Shown here piece after piece: positions 1 to 11,900 of a stretch of DNA of 64,000 nucleotides (positions are counted from its first letter, which is position 1; each line of letters starts with the position of its first letter). The notes under the pieces were generated by a model that was not told the origin of the DNA, did no database searches, and saw only the letters and a list, made by a program, of their open reading frames with translations. Source of the stretch: Pristiophorus japonicus (taxonomy: Eukaryota); the NCBI RefSeq assembly GCF_044704955.1, contig NC_091996.1, positions 97,898,001-97,962,000 of the forward strand. Reading direction: 5' to 3'. Position numbers and translations under genes: made by a program.

Positions 1-400
1 TGCTCGCTGACCCGTGTCCTAACACGCACCGAGTCCCGCTCACCCATCACCCCCTGTGCTCGCTGACCCGTGTCCTAACACGCACCGAGTCCCGCTCACC
101 CATCACCCCCTGTGCTCACTGCCCCCTGTCCTAACACGCACCGAGTCCCACTCACCCATCACCCCCTGTGCTCACTGCCCCCTGTCCTAACACGCACCGA
201 GTCCCGCTCACCCATCACCCTCTGTGCTCACTGCCCCGTGTCCTAACTCACACCCAGTCCCGCTCACCCATCAACCCCTGTGCTCACTGCCCCGTGTCCT
301 AACTCGCACCCAGTCCCGCTCACCCATCACCCCCTGTGCTCACTGCCCCGTGTCCTAACTCGCACTCAGTCCCGCTCACCCATCACCCCCTGTGCTCACT
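1..400 (+). repeat. ~57-bp tandem repeat derived from an L2 LINE ORF2 segment
   Basis: Unit cccgtgtcctaactcgcacccagtcccgctcacccatcaccccctgtgctcactgc is repeated and runs directly into an L2 3' end. The same unit is expanded at 16050-16640 and 45360-46285. Confidence 0.85.
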
Positions 401-838
401 GACCTACATTGGCTTCCGGTTAAGCAACACCTCGATTTCAAAACCCTCATCCTCGTTTACAAATCCCTCCGTGGCCCTCACCCCTCCCTATCTCTGTAAT
501 CTCCTCCAGCCCCACAACCCCCCGAGATATCTGCACTCCTCTAATTCTGCCCTCCTGACCATCCCTGATTATAATCGCTCCACCATCGGTGGCCGTGCCT
601 TCTGTTGCCTGGGCCCCAAGCTCTGGAACTCCCTCCCTAAACCTCTCCACCTCTCTCTCCTCCTTCAAGACGCTCCTTAAAACCGACCTCTGTGACCCAG
701 CTTTTGTTCACCTGCCCTAATGTCTCCTTATGTGGTTCGGTGTCACGTTTATTTGTTTTGTCTTAAAACAACTCCTGTGAATCGCCTTGGGACGTTTCAC
801 TACATTAAAGGCGCTATATAAATGCGTTGTTGTTGTAC
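400..838 (+). mobile_element. L2-clade LINE 3' fragment
   Basis: Degenerate end of ORF2 (HWLPV/RIDFK/GGRAF...PKLWNSLP-like) and a tail ...aaaggcgctatataaatgcgttgttgttgt. Confidence 0.75.
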
Positions 839-897
839 ATTCGATGCTGTTCTGTCAAGGGACGGAACGTTGGAACTTGAATCGAGGAGAATCTTAC

Positions 898-1101
898 CTC
901 TTCGTTTCAAGGCGAAATAAATAGCGACCGACATCATCGTCATCACCAGCCCCACAAAAACCACAGCCACAATAATGTTGGTGCTCCCGCCTTCTCCTGC
1001 GGACTCCGAGAAATTAGTCGTTCCTCCGTCTCCGAGTGTCACGTTCCCCCAGGGGTTCTGAGTAGGTCTGGAGGAATTCCAAGTCACTGACACCTCGCTC
1101 C
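898..1101 (-). CDS. Stalk + transmembrane exon of a type I membrane glycoprotein (partial gene)
   Basis: Acceptor ttgcaatttcAG and donor G|GTAAGA, phase 1/1, 204 nt. Encodes GSEVSVTWNSSRPTQNPWGNVTLGDGGTTNFSESAGEGGSTNIIVAVVFVGLVMTMMSVAIYFALKRR: three N-glycosylation sequons, a hydrophobic helix and a KRR stop-transfer. Confidence 0.7.
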
Positions 1102-1589
1102 CTGAAATTGCAAGTCACATCGTTGCCGCGGAGCTTATTTTCGCGCCCCGCCCTCCTCTCCGTTCCGCTGCCCCTCCAGACGCAGACTCGCGGAGGGCAT
1201 TGGCCGTGTGTGTGAGTGTCTCGGTGGGGCGAGCTGGCAGAGAGTTAGAGCTTGGGTTTGGGGTGGGACGGTGGGGGTTGCAAGACACTGAAGACACGCT
1301 CTGTGATCTGTCCATCCCGACATGGACAGTGCACCATGGCAGGGTATTTCTCCAGCCCTCATTCAATCCTACCCCACGTTATCAGCCCCAACCCTGGCCT
1401 CGAGCTGTTCCCGGGAGAGAAAGACAGACAGAGAGAACGAGAGAGAGAAAGAGAGAGAGAAAGAGAAAGCGAGAGAGACAGAACAGTGCACATGGTCAGC
1501 TGTATCTCAGCGTGTAGGACTCTCTACCCACTGAGCCACAGCTGATATGTCTGACCATGTGCACAATGCAGTCTTTGTCTTTCTTTTTG

Positions 1590-2745
1590 TACAGAGTCAG
1601 AGGTCGTGGGTTCAGGTCACACTCCAGGGACTTGAGCACATAAAGCTAGGCTGACACTTCCCGTGCAGTACTGAGGGAGCTCCGTACTGTCGGAGGGGCA
1701 GTACTGAGGGAGTGCCGCACTGTCGGAGGGGCAGTACTGAGGGAGCTCCGTACTGTCGGAGGGCAGTACTGAGGGAGTGCCGCACTGTCGGAGGGGCAGT
1801 ACTGAGGGAGCTCCGTACTGTCGGAGGGGCAGTACTGAGGGAGCGCCGCACTGTCGGAAGGGCAGTACTGAGGGAGTGCCACACTGTCGAAGGGGCAGTA
1901 CTGAGGGAGTGCCACACTGTCGAAGGGGCAGTACTGAGGGAGCTCCGTACTGTCGGAGGGGCAGTACTGAGGGAGCGCCGCACTGTCAGAGGGGCAGTAC
2001 TGAGGGAGTGCTGCACTGTCGGAGGGGCAGTACTGAGGGAGTGCCACACTGTCGAAGGGGCAGTACTGAGGGAGTGCCGCACTGTCAGAGGGGCAGTACT
2101 GAGGGAGTGCCGCACTGTCGGAAGGGCAGTGCTGAGGGAGCGCCGCACTGTCGGAGGGCAGTACTGAGGGAGTGCCGCACTGTCGGAGGGGCAGTACTGA
2201 GGGAGCTCCGTACTGTCGGAGGGGCAGTACTGAGGGAGCGCCGCACTGTCAGAGGGGCAGTACTGAGGGAGTGCCGCACTGTCGGAGGGGCAGTACTGAG
2301 GGAGTGCCACACTGTCGAAGGGGCAGTACTGAGGGAGTGCCGCACTGTTGGAGGGGCAGTACTGAGGGAGTCCCGCACTGTCGGAGGGGCAGTACTGAGG
2401 GAGTGCCGCACTGTTGGAGGGGCAGTACTGAGGGAGCCCCGCACTGTCGAAGGGGCAGTACTGAGGGAGCCCTGCACTGTCGGAGGGGCAGTACAGAGAG
2501 AGCGCTGCACTGTCGGAGGGGCAGTACTGAGGGAGCCCCGCACTGTCGGAGGGGCAGTACTGAGGGAGTGCCATCTTTTGGATGAGACATTAAACCGAGG
2601 CCCTATCTGCTCTCTCAAGTGGACATAAAAGATCCTATTTCGAAGAAGAGCAGGGGAGTTCTCCCCGGTGTCCTGGAAAATATTTATCCCTCAATCAACA
2701 TCACAAAAAAAACAGATGATCTGGTCATTATCACATTGCTGTGAT
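1590..2745 (+). mobile_element. tRNA-derived Deu-domain SINE (SacSINE1/AmnSINE-like) with internal 33-bp minisatellite
   Basis: B-box-like gtgggttcaggtc head, array of gcagtactgagggagtgccgcactgtcggaggg (~1664-2570), then the Deu core ggatgagacattaaaccgaggcc...aaaagatcc. Confidence 0.8.
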
Positions 2746-3089
2746 ATGTTCTGATTTCCGCCAGGTTTATCCAGGCAAGATAATCGCCTACAAGATAGGC
2801 TAAAAGTGTTGTGACTCCACCATTTAGAGAAGCGTAGATTTAAGGGCTGATCTGATTGAGGTTTAGAAGATAATGAAGGGACGAGATTGTGTTCCTGTTG
2901 ACAGTATGTTCCAATTAATTAGGTTCGGGAGGCCCAGGGTCACAAGATCTGGGTTAGATAGCAGGAGGTGGTACTTTTCCCAGAGAATAGTGGCCTTGTG
3001 GAACAGTCTGCATCTCGTGCCGTGGATACTGATCCCTTCAGCAAGAGCTGGACCTGTTTCTGGCTGGGGCGGTGATCACCTTACAGAAG

Positions 3090-3502
3090 GGTAGGTACTG
3101 CAGGGATTGGAGCGTAGTCAGGTGAAGGAGCGGCGAGAGACCGTGGAGGGAATGTGATCAGGGCCCAGGGGAGGTGTGAGTTTGGGGCCAGGGGCCCAGG
3201 GGCAGCACGGGCCCAGCCCACACTGCGATATGTGAGCGCACTGGTTCCGTGCAGCAGAGCTGGTCTCCAGTCGTCCTGGTTAACCCTTGCCCCTGGACCA
3301 AGACCTAGCTCTGTCAAGCCCCGTGTGGTGGCTGGTGTACAACGGTCACCCCACGTTAAAACAATCCACCCACAGGCATCTTCCACCCTTCGTGATATAG
3401 TTCAGGATCTGGAATATTAGGTCCTTCATTGAAACACCTGTGAACTCATCCTTATTTTGGCTTGAAGCAAGTCATCCTCGCTTCGAGGGACCGCCTATGA
3501 TG
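3090..3502 (+). mobile_element. RTE-related non-autonomous retroposon
   Basis: Multi-copy body (gcagcacgggcccagcccacactgcgatatg...) ending in gaagcaagtcatcctcgcttcgagggaccgcctatga, the same tail as the RTE LINE fragments at 34760 and 63000. Confidence 0.7.
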
Positions 3503-4494
3503 GAGAAGGATTGGACAAGAAAGAGTAAGGAACCTGACCTGGATGAATCACATGTACTCTTCAGGACTAGTTTATATTTTATTTGCATATACACAGCCCA
3601 AAAGCTGAGTTGAAAGATATAAAAGGCCGTGAAACAGATTATTCCATATTTGCAATTGGGTCGTAGAAATCTTGACCCATGTTTAGGCCAACTAATCTTC
3701 CTAGTTTGTCCATGGTCATCAGAAGAAAGTGCATTTAGAAACTGATTGTAAATGGAACACGAGAATCAGCTGCTCTATGTGAGTGGATAATGATTTTGAC
3801 ATTTTTGATCTTGGTCAGACCTTTGCTGTGCCGTGTTCTGCCTTGCTGGTGAGCACAACTTGAATGGTGAAGGCCTAATTGTTCTTCTAAACTATGTAGG
3901 GTGTTCGTTTTACATTCTACCTTGGTTCGTAGACCTCGGGAATTACAGGAAAGGACCACGCAAGACACAAAGTTTAAGTTTAACCCAACTGTCAGTTTTA
4001 TTACGCAAAAAACAGCTAAAAATTACAGAACAAGACTTCTGAGAGAATTGACCGAAGACATACAATCACCCATCCAGTTAGTTGCTGTAACCGCAGATTG
4101 TAGGTTCGTGGTCGTTGGTTCCATGACTGGTTATTCCTCTTTGATGTTCCCTCTTCTGGTGTTCTCTTCTTTTCCGTTCTGAGTTTGTCCGTCTCCATTC
4201 GTTCGCCCCGAGCTGCTCCCAGCTCGTGTATATATATATCCATTTTATCAATAAATCACCCCTTGAGCCACTTCCAGCTCGTGTATATATATCCATTGTT
4301 TAGATGCTGCTGTTAATCACATCCCAACTGAATCGTGTTCATTCTGTTAGTTTCCCTTTGTTTCTGCTGATGTTAATAACCCTGCAACTAGGCAGGAGTT
4401 TACTATTTTGATATTTCAAGTAGCAGTGTCGATATTTGATGTCTGTAAGATAAGAGGAGACGAATTGATGTCCTGTTTCTGACTGCTCCATTTT

Positions 4495-4830
4495 TGATCG
4501 GGGCGGAGGAGCGGCGAGAGTTCGGGGCCCAGGGGCAGCACGGGCCAGCCCACACTGCGATATGTGAGCGCACTAGGTCCGTGCAGCACAGCAGGTCTCC
4601 AGTCGTCCTGGTTAACCCTTGCCACTGGACCAAGACCTCGCTCTGTCAAGCCCGTGTGGTGGCTGGTGTGCAACGGTCACTCCACGTTAAAAAAATCCAC
4701 GCACAGGCATCTTCCACCCTTCAGGATGTCGTTCGGGATCCGGAATATTAGGTCCTTCACTGAAACATCTGTGAACTCGTCACTTTTTGGCATGGAAGCA
4801 AGTCACCCTCGCTTCGAGGGACTGCCTAAT
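4495..4830 (+). mobile_element. RTE-related non-autonomous retroposon
   Basis: Same body and tail as 3090-3502. Confidence 0.7.
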
Positions 4831-5087
4831 ACTATACTAATACTATAATACTATATATCCATTTCATGAATAAATATCCTGCTGGGCTGAGGTTCCCATT
4901 AATATGTCTGGATCGGTTTCATTGTTTGTGGGGATCTGTTTAACTGGCTGCGATGATGTGTCTGGTTATCCACAATTTGCACACAGAGTCGACAGGGCAA
5001 AAGATGACACCTTATCTTAAGTGCCCTGTTCTCCAAAAATGCACGCCTTATGGGGTCCTTTGTTGTCCTGGTTTCTTGCAGACTTGT

Positions 5088-5302
5088 TGTTACGCTCATA
5101 ATAAATGGTGAGACTGAGTACTGTGTGTAATGAGCGAATGTGAGCTTAGCTCCTTTATTGTAGTTCCAGAGAGCAGGTACCTTGTGGGTGACCTGCTTAT
5201 ATACTGTGCTCCCGAGGGATGCTGGGATCCCTTGGGACTCCAACAGGTGGGCCCTCTGGTGGCCAGGTGTGATGCAGGTTACAAGGAGTTAAATACAAAA
5301 CA
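5088..5302 (-). mobile_element. Solo LTR with 5-bp TSD
   Basis: TG...CA termini flanked by CTTGT at 5083-5087 and 5303-5307. AATAAA and TATA-like motifs lie on the - strand. Confidence 0.75.
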
Positions 5303-5576
5303 CTTGTGGTTCTCAGAGGGAACCGTTTCCCCTCCGGCCAATCAATCCACGGGCTCCTGGTTTAGATTACATCAATGCCTTTCTTTTGAGGCATAAACAG
5401 ATTTGGCTCTTGGTCGCAGAGATTGTTTTTAATCGGTGCCTTTTCCTCCTCCCCTGTCCAGTCAGTCCCAAAAGCTGGTTTTAAACCATGTTTCGTTCGT
5501 GGCCTCTTCCTGTGCCTTTTGTGAAAGTGTGCAACTGCGAGATACTGAAAATGCCTCGACTCTCAAAAGGTTTTGC

Positions 5577-5586
5577 AAGTGAAAGT
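5577..5586 (+). promoter_or_regulatory. IRF-E/PRDI-like site upstream of the chemokine gene
   Basis: AAGTGAAAGT about 360 bp upstream of the ATG. Motif match only. Confidence 0.35.
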
Positions 5587-5941
5587 AAGTGATGTGTTTT
5601 GATCAGGTTGGCTGTGACATTCCCCCCCCCCCCTCTCCCCAGGGTTTCTCGCAGCCTGGGGGGGTGATTCACCTTTAATCCGCAGAACTTCCAGGGGAGA
5701 TTTGCAGTGCACAGGGCTGAGTCAGGAAGGGTGGAGTTTGGAAATCGAATGTGAGGTGTACACTGGTAATCCCCTGTGTAGCGGCTGGCCATTGGCTCAA
5801 TGCACAAGTCTGATGCAAGTGAATGGAAACTGCTAGTGCCTGCCCGCCCGGTACAAAGAAACGGATCTGCCTCACTGTGTCTGCACTCTCTCGGCGCCGG
5901 GCTGTGTTGCAGTCGTTGACTTGTCTTTTATCCTGTCGGCT

Positions 5942-5987
5942 ATGGAGACCCTGATTCTGTGCCTCTTCCTCGTCTGCTCGGGAGCGG
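5942..5987 (+). CDS. Chemokine gene exon 1: signal peptide
   Basis: gctATGG start, encodes METLILCLFLVCSGA, donor G|GTGAGT (phase 1). Confidence 0.85.
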
Positions 5988-8900
5988 GTGAGTTTGTAAA
6001 ATCTCCGGTTCCCGCAGCTTCCGGGGAGATGGGTGGGGAGAGGATGCACCCCAGGGGGGCGACGGGGTGAGGCTTTGGGGGGGTCCATGCAGACCCCTGG
6101 AGATGTGACCGGCGACCAGGGAGGACAGCGAGGCGGCGGCGGGGGGGGGGGGGGGGGGGAGAGACAGAGCACAGTAAAAGGGTGGGACAGTCGGGGTCTG
6201 AGAGGGGCCAAGGTTCCTGGGCAAGACCCCCGCCGCCCGCACAGCCCGCAAAACACTGAGAGCTTCCGCCAGTTGAGTGCGACCGACACAACGCCCCGCG
6301 ACACAAATTAACGTTGAGTTCAGGAAAGTTAAGAGTTTTATACAAAATTCACCAAGATTGAAGGTGCTCCGAAGCATCGTCTCGTACCGGCCAGGAGTGG
6401 GCCCCCTGGCAATTCGACTGCGGCCGGCATCACACCCCCAACCCAAGCCGGGCGGCACAAGGCTTGGGTTTGGGGTGTGATGCCTGCCGCAGTCCAATTG
6501 CCCGCCCAGTCACTTGACGGGGCTGCTTGGCTCCAGAGCAGCTCTCCCCGGGTACAGCGCCAGCTCCTTGGACTGGGGAGAGGAGGGAAGCTGGGCATAT
6601 CCTTCCTTGTTGACAGGGGGCATGGGGGGGTGGGGTACCTTGAAGACACTGCCACCTTTCAGTGATTGATCCGAATGTGAAGTTGCTTGACTCCTCACAC
6701 GATTTGCTCGTTCCATTACTTCGGCGCTAACAGGAAAGAAAGCTTTGGGTTGTCGGCCGAGGTTTTGCAAATCTCAAAAGCTGAGCGAATCAGTAAACTA
6801 TCCCAGGATCAGCTGCTGCTTGGAAAGTGCTTTTCCTTGCACCGCAGGGCACACAGATCGAAGCCAGACTGACACATGTCTCTGTGTTTTATCCACAGTG
6901 TGCGGTGGGAGGCTCTCGGACAGTGCTGGCCGGTCATGCTGTGAACCCAAGTTACCGCAACCATTAAATATATCAGAATTCAACAAGCTGCAGAATTATG
7001 TGACCTTATCCGGTCAGGGAAGATGTCCCGAGTATCTAGTGTAAGTATTGGGCTTTGTACCTAAATAACGCTCATCACAGTAAAGTACAGGTACTTCAGC
7101 CCTGGTTCAGTGGGGAGTCGGGCGGTTGGAGGTTCAAGTCCCACGCCGCAGATTTCAGCACAAAAATCCAGGCTGACACCCCAGTGCAGTGCTGAGATAG
7201 CGCCGCACTGTCGGAGGGGCGGTACTGAGGGAGCGCCGCACTGTCGGAGGGGCGGTACTGAGGGAGCGCCGCACTGTCGGAGGGGCAGTGCTGAGGGAGC
7301 GCCGCACTGTCGGAGGGGCAGTGCTGAGGGAGCGCCGCACTGTCGGAGGGGCAGTGCTGAGGGAGCGCCGCACTGTCGGAGGGGCAGTGCTGAGGGAGCG
7401 CCGCACTGTCGGAGGGGCAGTGCTGAGAGAGCACCGTACTGTCGGAGGGGCAGTACTGAGGGAGCGCCGCACTGTCGGAGGAGCATACTGAGGGAGTGCC
7501 GCACTGTCAGAGGGGCAGAGCTGAGGGAGCGCCGCACTGTCGGAGGAGCAGTACTGAGGGAGCGCCGCACTGTCGGAGGGGCAGTGCTGAGGGAGCGCCG
7601 CACTGTCGGAGGGGCAGTACTGAGGGAGCGCCGCACTGTCGGAGGGGCAGTGCTGAGGGAGCGCCGCACTGTCTGAGGGGCAGTGCTGAGGGAGCGCCGC
7701 ACTGTCGGAGGGGCAGTACTGAGGGAGCGCTGCATGTTGGAGGAGCAGTACTGAGGGAGCGCTGCACTGTTGGAGGGGCAGTACTGAGAGAGCCCCGCAC
7801 TGTCGGAGGGGCAGTAGTGAGGTATTCAATACCTCAATCAGATCACCCCTTCAATACAATACAATATTGACGAGTGCCCTTTCAGAATTGAGCTTGACGT
7901 ATTTATTTCTGATTTACTGTCACAGATTTACCACAAACGCGAATCAGAGATTCTGTATATTATCGGGAAAGGCACAAGCCATGAAAGAGTTTGTTGATGC
8001 GAGATCCACAGGTAAGAATGGCATTGGTCCCAGTGCCAGGTTCCATCTGATTTGGAGCCTGGGTCACAAAATATTCCACAAATCACGCCGTGGGAGAATT
8101 AAAAAAACAATCAAATGTTTTTTTCTTAATCACTTTTTTGAAATATCGGGGATGGGAAAACCAATCTGTGTGATTGACGGACAAGAGTCCAATCGCTTTC
8201 CAATTGGCCGTGGGAAAGTTGGGGTGGGTGCACCGTGATGATTGACATGTTGGACGACCAATGGAGGGCGGGAGGGGCGAGTGGTCCTGGAATACGGTCC
8301 GACCAGAATTGGCGGTTCCCCCCAGACACCCACTCTCTGCAAGTCGGCCTCGAACGTGCGGCCATGCGTGAACAGGAAAGTGCCAGGCTGCGTGACCTGG
8401 GATAGGCCTCAGAGGCAGGGATTCTGCCATTGGCCTCGGGGGCCGGAGGGAGGGGAGGGGAGGGCTGGGGCTGGAGGTGCACGTTCGAGGGCCGGCTATC
8501 ACTCGCTGTATAGGGCGACGGTGGTCACTGGGACTGCAGGAAGATGTCAATCAACTGGTCAGGTGGGCAGAACATTGGCCACTGGAATTCAATCTGGAGA
8601 AGTGTGAGGTAATGCATTTGGGGAGGGCTAACAAGACGAGGGAATACACATTAAATGGTAGGACACTGAGAAGTGTAGAGGAACAAAGGGACCTTGGAGT
8701 GCAGGTCCACAGATCCCTGAAGGTAGCAGACCAGGTGGTTAAGAAGACACACGGGATAGTTACCTTTATTGGCCGAGGCATAGAATACAAGAGCAGGGAG
8801 GTTATGCTTGAACTGTATAAAACACTGGTTAGGCCACAGCTGGAGTACTGCGTGCAGTTCTGGTCACCACATTACAGGAAGGGTGTGATTGCACTGAGAG

Positions 8901-11900
8901 GGTGCAGAAGAGGTTTACCAAAATGTTGCTGGGACTGTAAAATCTAAGCTATGAGGACAGATTGTATAGGCTGGGTTTGTTTTTCTTGGAACAGAGGGGG
9001 CTGAGGGGACTCCTGATTGAGGTGTATAAAATTATGAGGGGCGTGGATAGAGTGGATAGAGGGGGTTGACTTATGAGGAAAGGTTGAGCAGGTTGGGCCT
9101 CTACTCATTGGAATTCAGAAGAATGAGAGGTGATCTTATCAAAACGTGTAAGATTATGAGGGGGCTCCACAAGGTGGATGCAGAGAGGATGTTTCCACTG
9201 ATGTGGGAGACTAGAACTGGAGGGCATGGTCTTAGAATAAGGGGCCGCCCATTTAAAACAGATGAGGAGGAATTTCTTCTCTCAGAGGGTTGTAAATCTG
9301 TGGAATTCGCTGCCTCAGAGAGCTGTGGAAGCTGGGACATTGAATAAATTTAAGACAGAGATAGACAGTTTCTTAACCGATAAGGGGATAAGGGGTTATG
9401 GGGAGGGGGCGGGGAAGTGGAGCTGAGTCCATGATCGAATCAGCCATGATCTTATTAAATGGCGGAGCAGGCTCGAGGGGCTGAATGGCCGACTCCTGCT
9501 CCTAATTCTTATGTTCTTCCCTTAAGAAGCTCCTTTAAAAACTACACTCTTTGACCAAGCTTTTGGTCACCTGCCGTAATCTCTTTGTTTTTTTGCGGAG
9601 AACACTTTTTATATAAACCACTCGACAAACGCAGAGTAATTTGGCTGTAATCCCACATTTCAGAATTGTATAAGTATTGGAATTCCTTTATTAACCAATT
9701 TGTGAATGCAATGAGCAGTTTCCTTCTGTTGCTGCAGAATACAAGCCGTCGACTCTATCTGAATCCAAACGGTTTTTAACACAGTATCTAACGAAATATT
9801 GGTTGATATTGTGACTGCAGGGTTGCATTTGGAACAGTTTTTTTTTCAAACATGTGTGTCCCATTGAAAGGTTCAGCACATAACCACAAGTATTTAGCAG
9901 GCTTGTGTGCCGTTGTGGAAAAGCCACTTTGCCAGTAAAACGGGAGATTTCATCAGAGTTCAATTCTAAAAACTTACGTTACTAACAATTACAAACACCA
10001 GAACCGTGCTGTCTATTTGTTACCTGGCTCAGTCTCAAATTCATTTTATTTGTCTTGTAACCCGCCTGTAAAGCACCCTGGGACATTTTACTAAGCTAAA
10101 GGCTCTATATAAATGTAAGTTGTTCTATTCAAGGCTGAGCGGGACAGAGTTTCACATACTAAGGGAACCGGAGTGTTTGAGTTTGTAGAGTCACTGTATG
10201 CTCCGGGGTTGAAAGGACTCGATTGGGTCCGTCAATGCTCACTCAAGAGACAATGTGAAAATTGTGACGTCCTGTTTTGCTGCCTCAGATCCTGGTGACG
10301 TGGGCGCCCGAACTGGTGGGATAGAGCAGACGGAGACCGGGGAAGGAACTCCTCATCCTGCACCTCCCACTGCAGGTCCAACCATTCCAATATCCAGCTC
10401 CTCCATCACGGCCGTCCCTGGGCTACACGGGCAAGAGAGAACCTTTACCCTTCAGCCAACACCGAACCCCCCCACCCGAGCCCACTGGCTTCAACATGTG
10501 GCTGTCACAACAAGAAACACAGCTGGAGAAACATCCGGGACAAGTCTCCATCCCAGGAATATTGTCACCACGACACTGACATCTCCTCCAAACAAACACG
10601 AGGCGGGAGAAGACAGGACTATGGAGGGCACTTACAGTCCCGGTAAGCATCATCATTCCCCTGTGTGTACTATAGAGAATAAAAGTCCCTATTATAGGGA
10701 ATAACAGCCCCTGTGTATATTGTACGGATTATAGAATCCAGGGACGAGCACATAGATCGTGGCTGACTCTCCAGTGAAGTACTGAGGGAGTGCCGCACTG
10801 TCGGAGGGGCGGTACTGAGGGAGTGTCGGAGGGGCGGTACTGAGGGAGTGCCGCACTGTCGGAGGGGCAGTACTGAGGGAGTGCCGCACTGTCGGAGGGG
10901 CGGTACTGAGGGAGTGCCGCACTGTCGGAGGGGCGGTACTGGGGGAGCGCCGCACTGTCGGAGGGGCAGTACTGAGGGAGAGGGGCGGTACTGAGGGAGC
11001 GCCGCACTTTTGGAGGGGCAGTACTGAGGGAGTGCCGCACTGTCGGAGGGGCAGTACTGGGGGAGCGCCGCACTGTCGGAGGGGCAGTACTGAGGTAGTG
11101 CTGCACTGTCGAAGGGGCAGGACTGAGGGAGCCCCGCACTGTCGGAGGGGCAGTACTGAGGGAGCGCCGCACTTTTGGAGGGGCAGTACTGAGGGAGTGC
11201 CGCACTGTCGAAGGAGCAGGACTGAGGGAGCCCCGCACTGTCGGAGGGGCAGGACTGAGGGAGCCCCGCACTGTCGGAGGGGCAGGACTGAGGGAGCCCC
11301 GCACTGTCGGAGGGGCAGTACTGAGGGGAGCTGTGTCCATGATCGGATCAGCCATGATCGTGATAAATGGCGGAGCAGGCTCGAGGGACCGTATGGCCTC
11401 CTCCTGTTCCTATTGGTTATGTTCTTATGACCTATTTCCCTCAGCAGAGGGGTCAACAACCAGGGGGCATAAATTTAAAGTAATTAGGGGGAGGTTTAGT
11501 GGAAATTTGAGGGAAAATTTCTTCACCCAGAGGGTGGTGGGGGTCTGGAACTCACGGCCTGAAAGGGTGGTAGAGGCAGAAACCCTCACCACATTTAAAA
11601 AGTACTTGGATGTGCACTTGAAGTGCCGTAACCCACAGGGCTACGGACCCAGAGCTGGAAAATGGGATTAGGCTGGGTAGCCCTTGGTCGGCTGGCCCGG
11701 ACACGATGGGCCGAATGGCCTCCTTGTGTCCTGTAAATTTCTCTGATTCTATGAGGGAGAGGCTCAGGGGATCTCTCTGCTGCCTGTGGGAATCTTAATC
11801 TGGGATAAGGGGATTGTCCTGTGAGGAGAGATTGAGTAGACAAGGCCCAGATTTTCTAGAGTTTAGAAGAATGAGAGGTGATCTCATTGAAACATAGAAA

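Noticed and set aside
1612-2628. Long ORFs with CPSDSAALPQY / STAPPTVR repeats (also at 7 kb, 11 kb, 27 kb, 39 kb, 57 kb, 61 kb)
   Set aside because: Translations of a 33-bp SINE-internal minisatellite, open in several frames on both strands.
3890-4490. Possible ERV-type LTR upstream of the chemokine
   Set aside because: Has a polyA-like motif and an internal duplication, but termini and TSD could not be defined.
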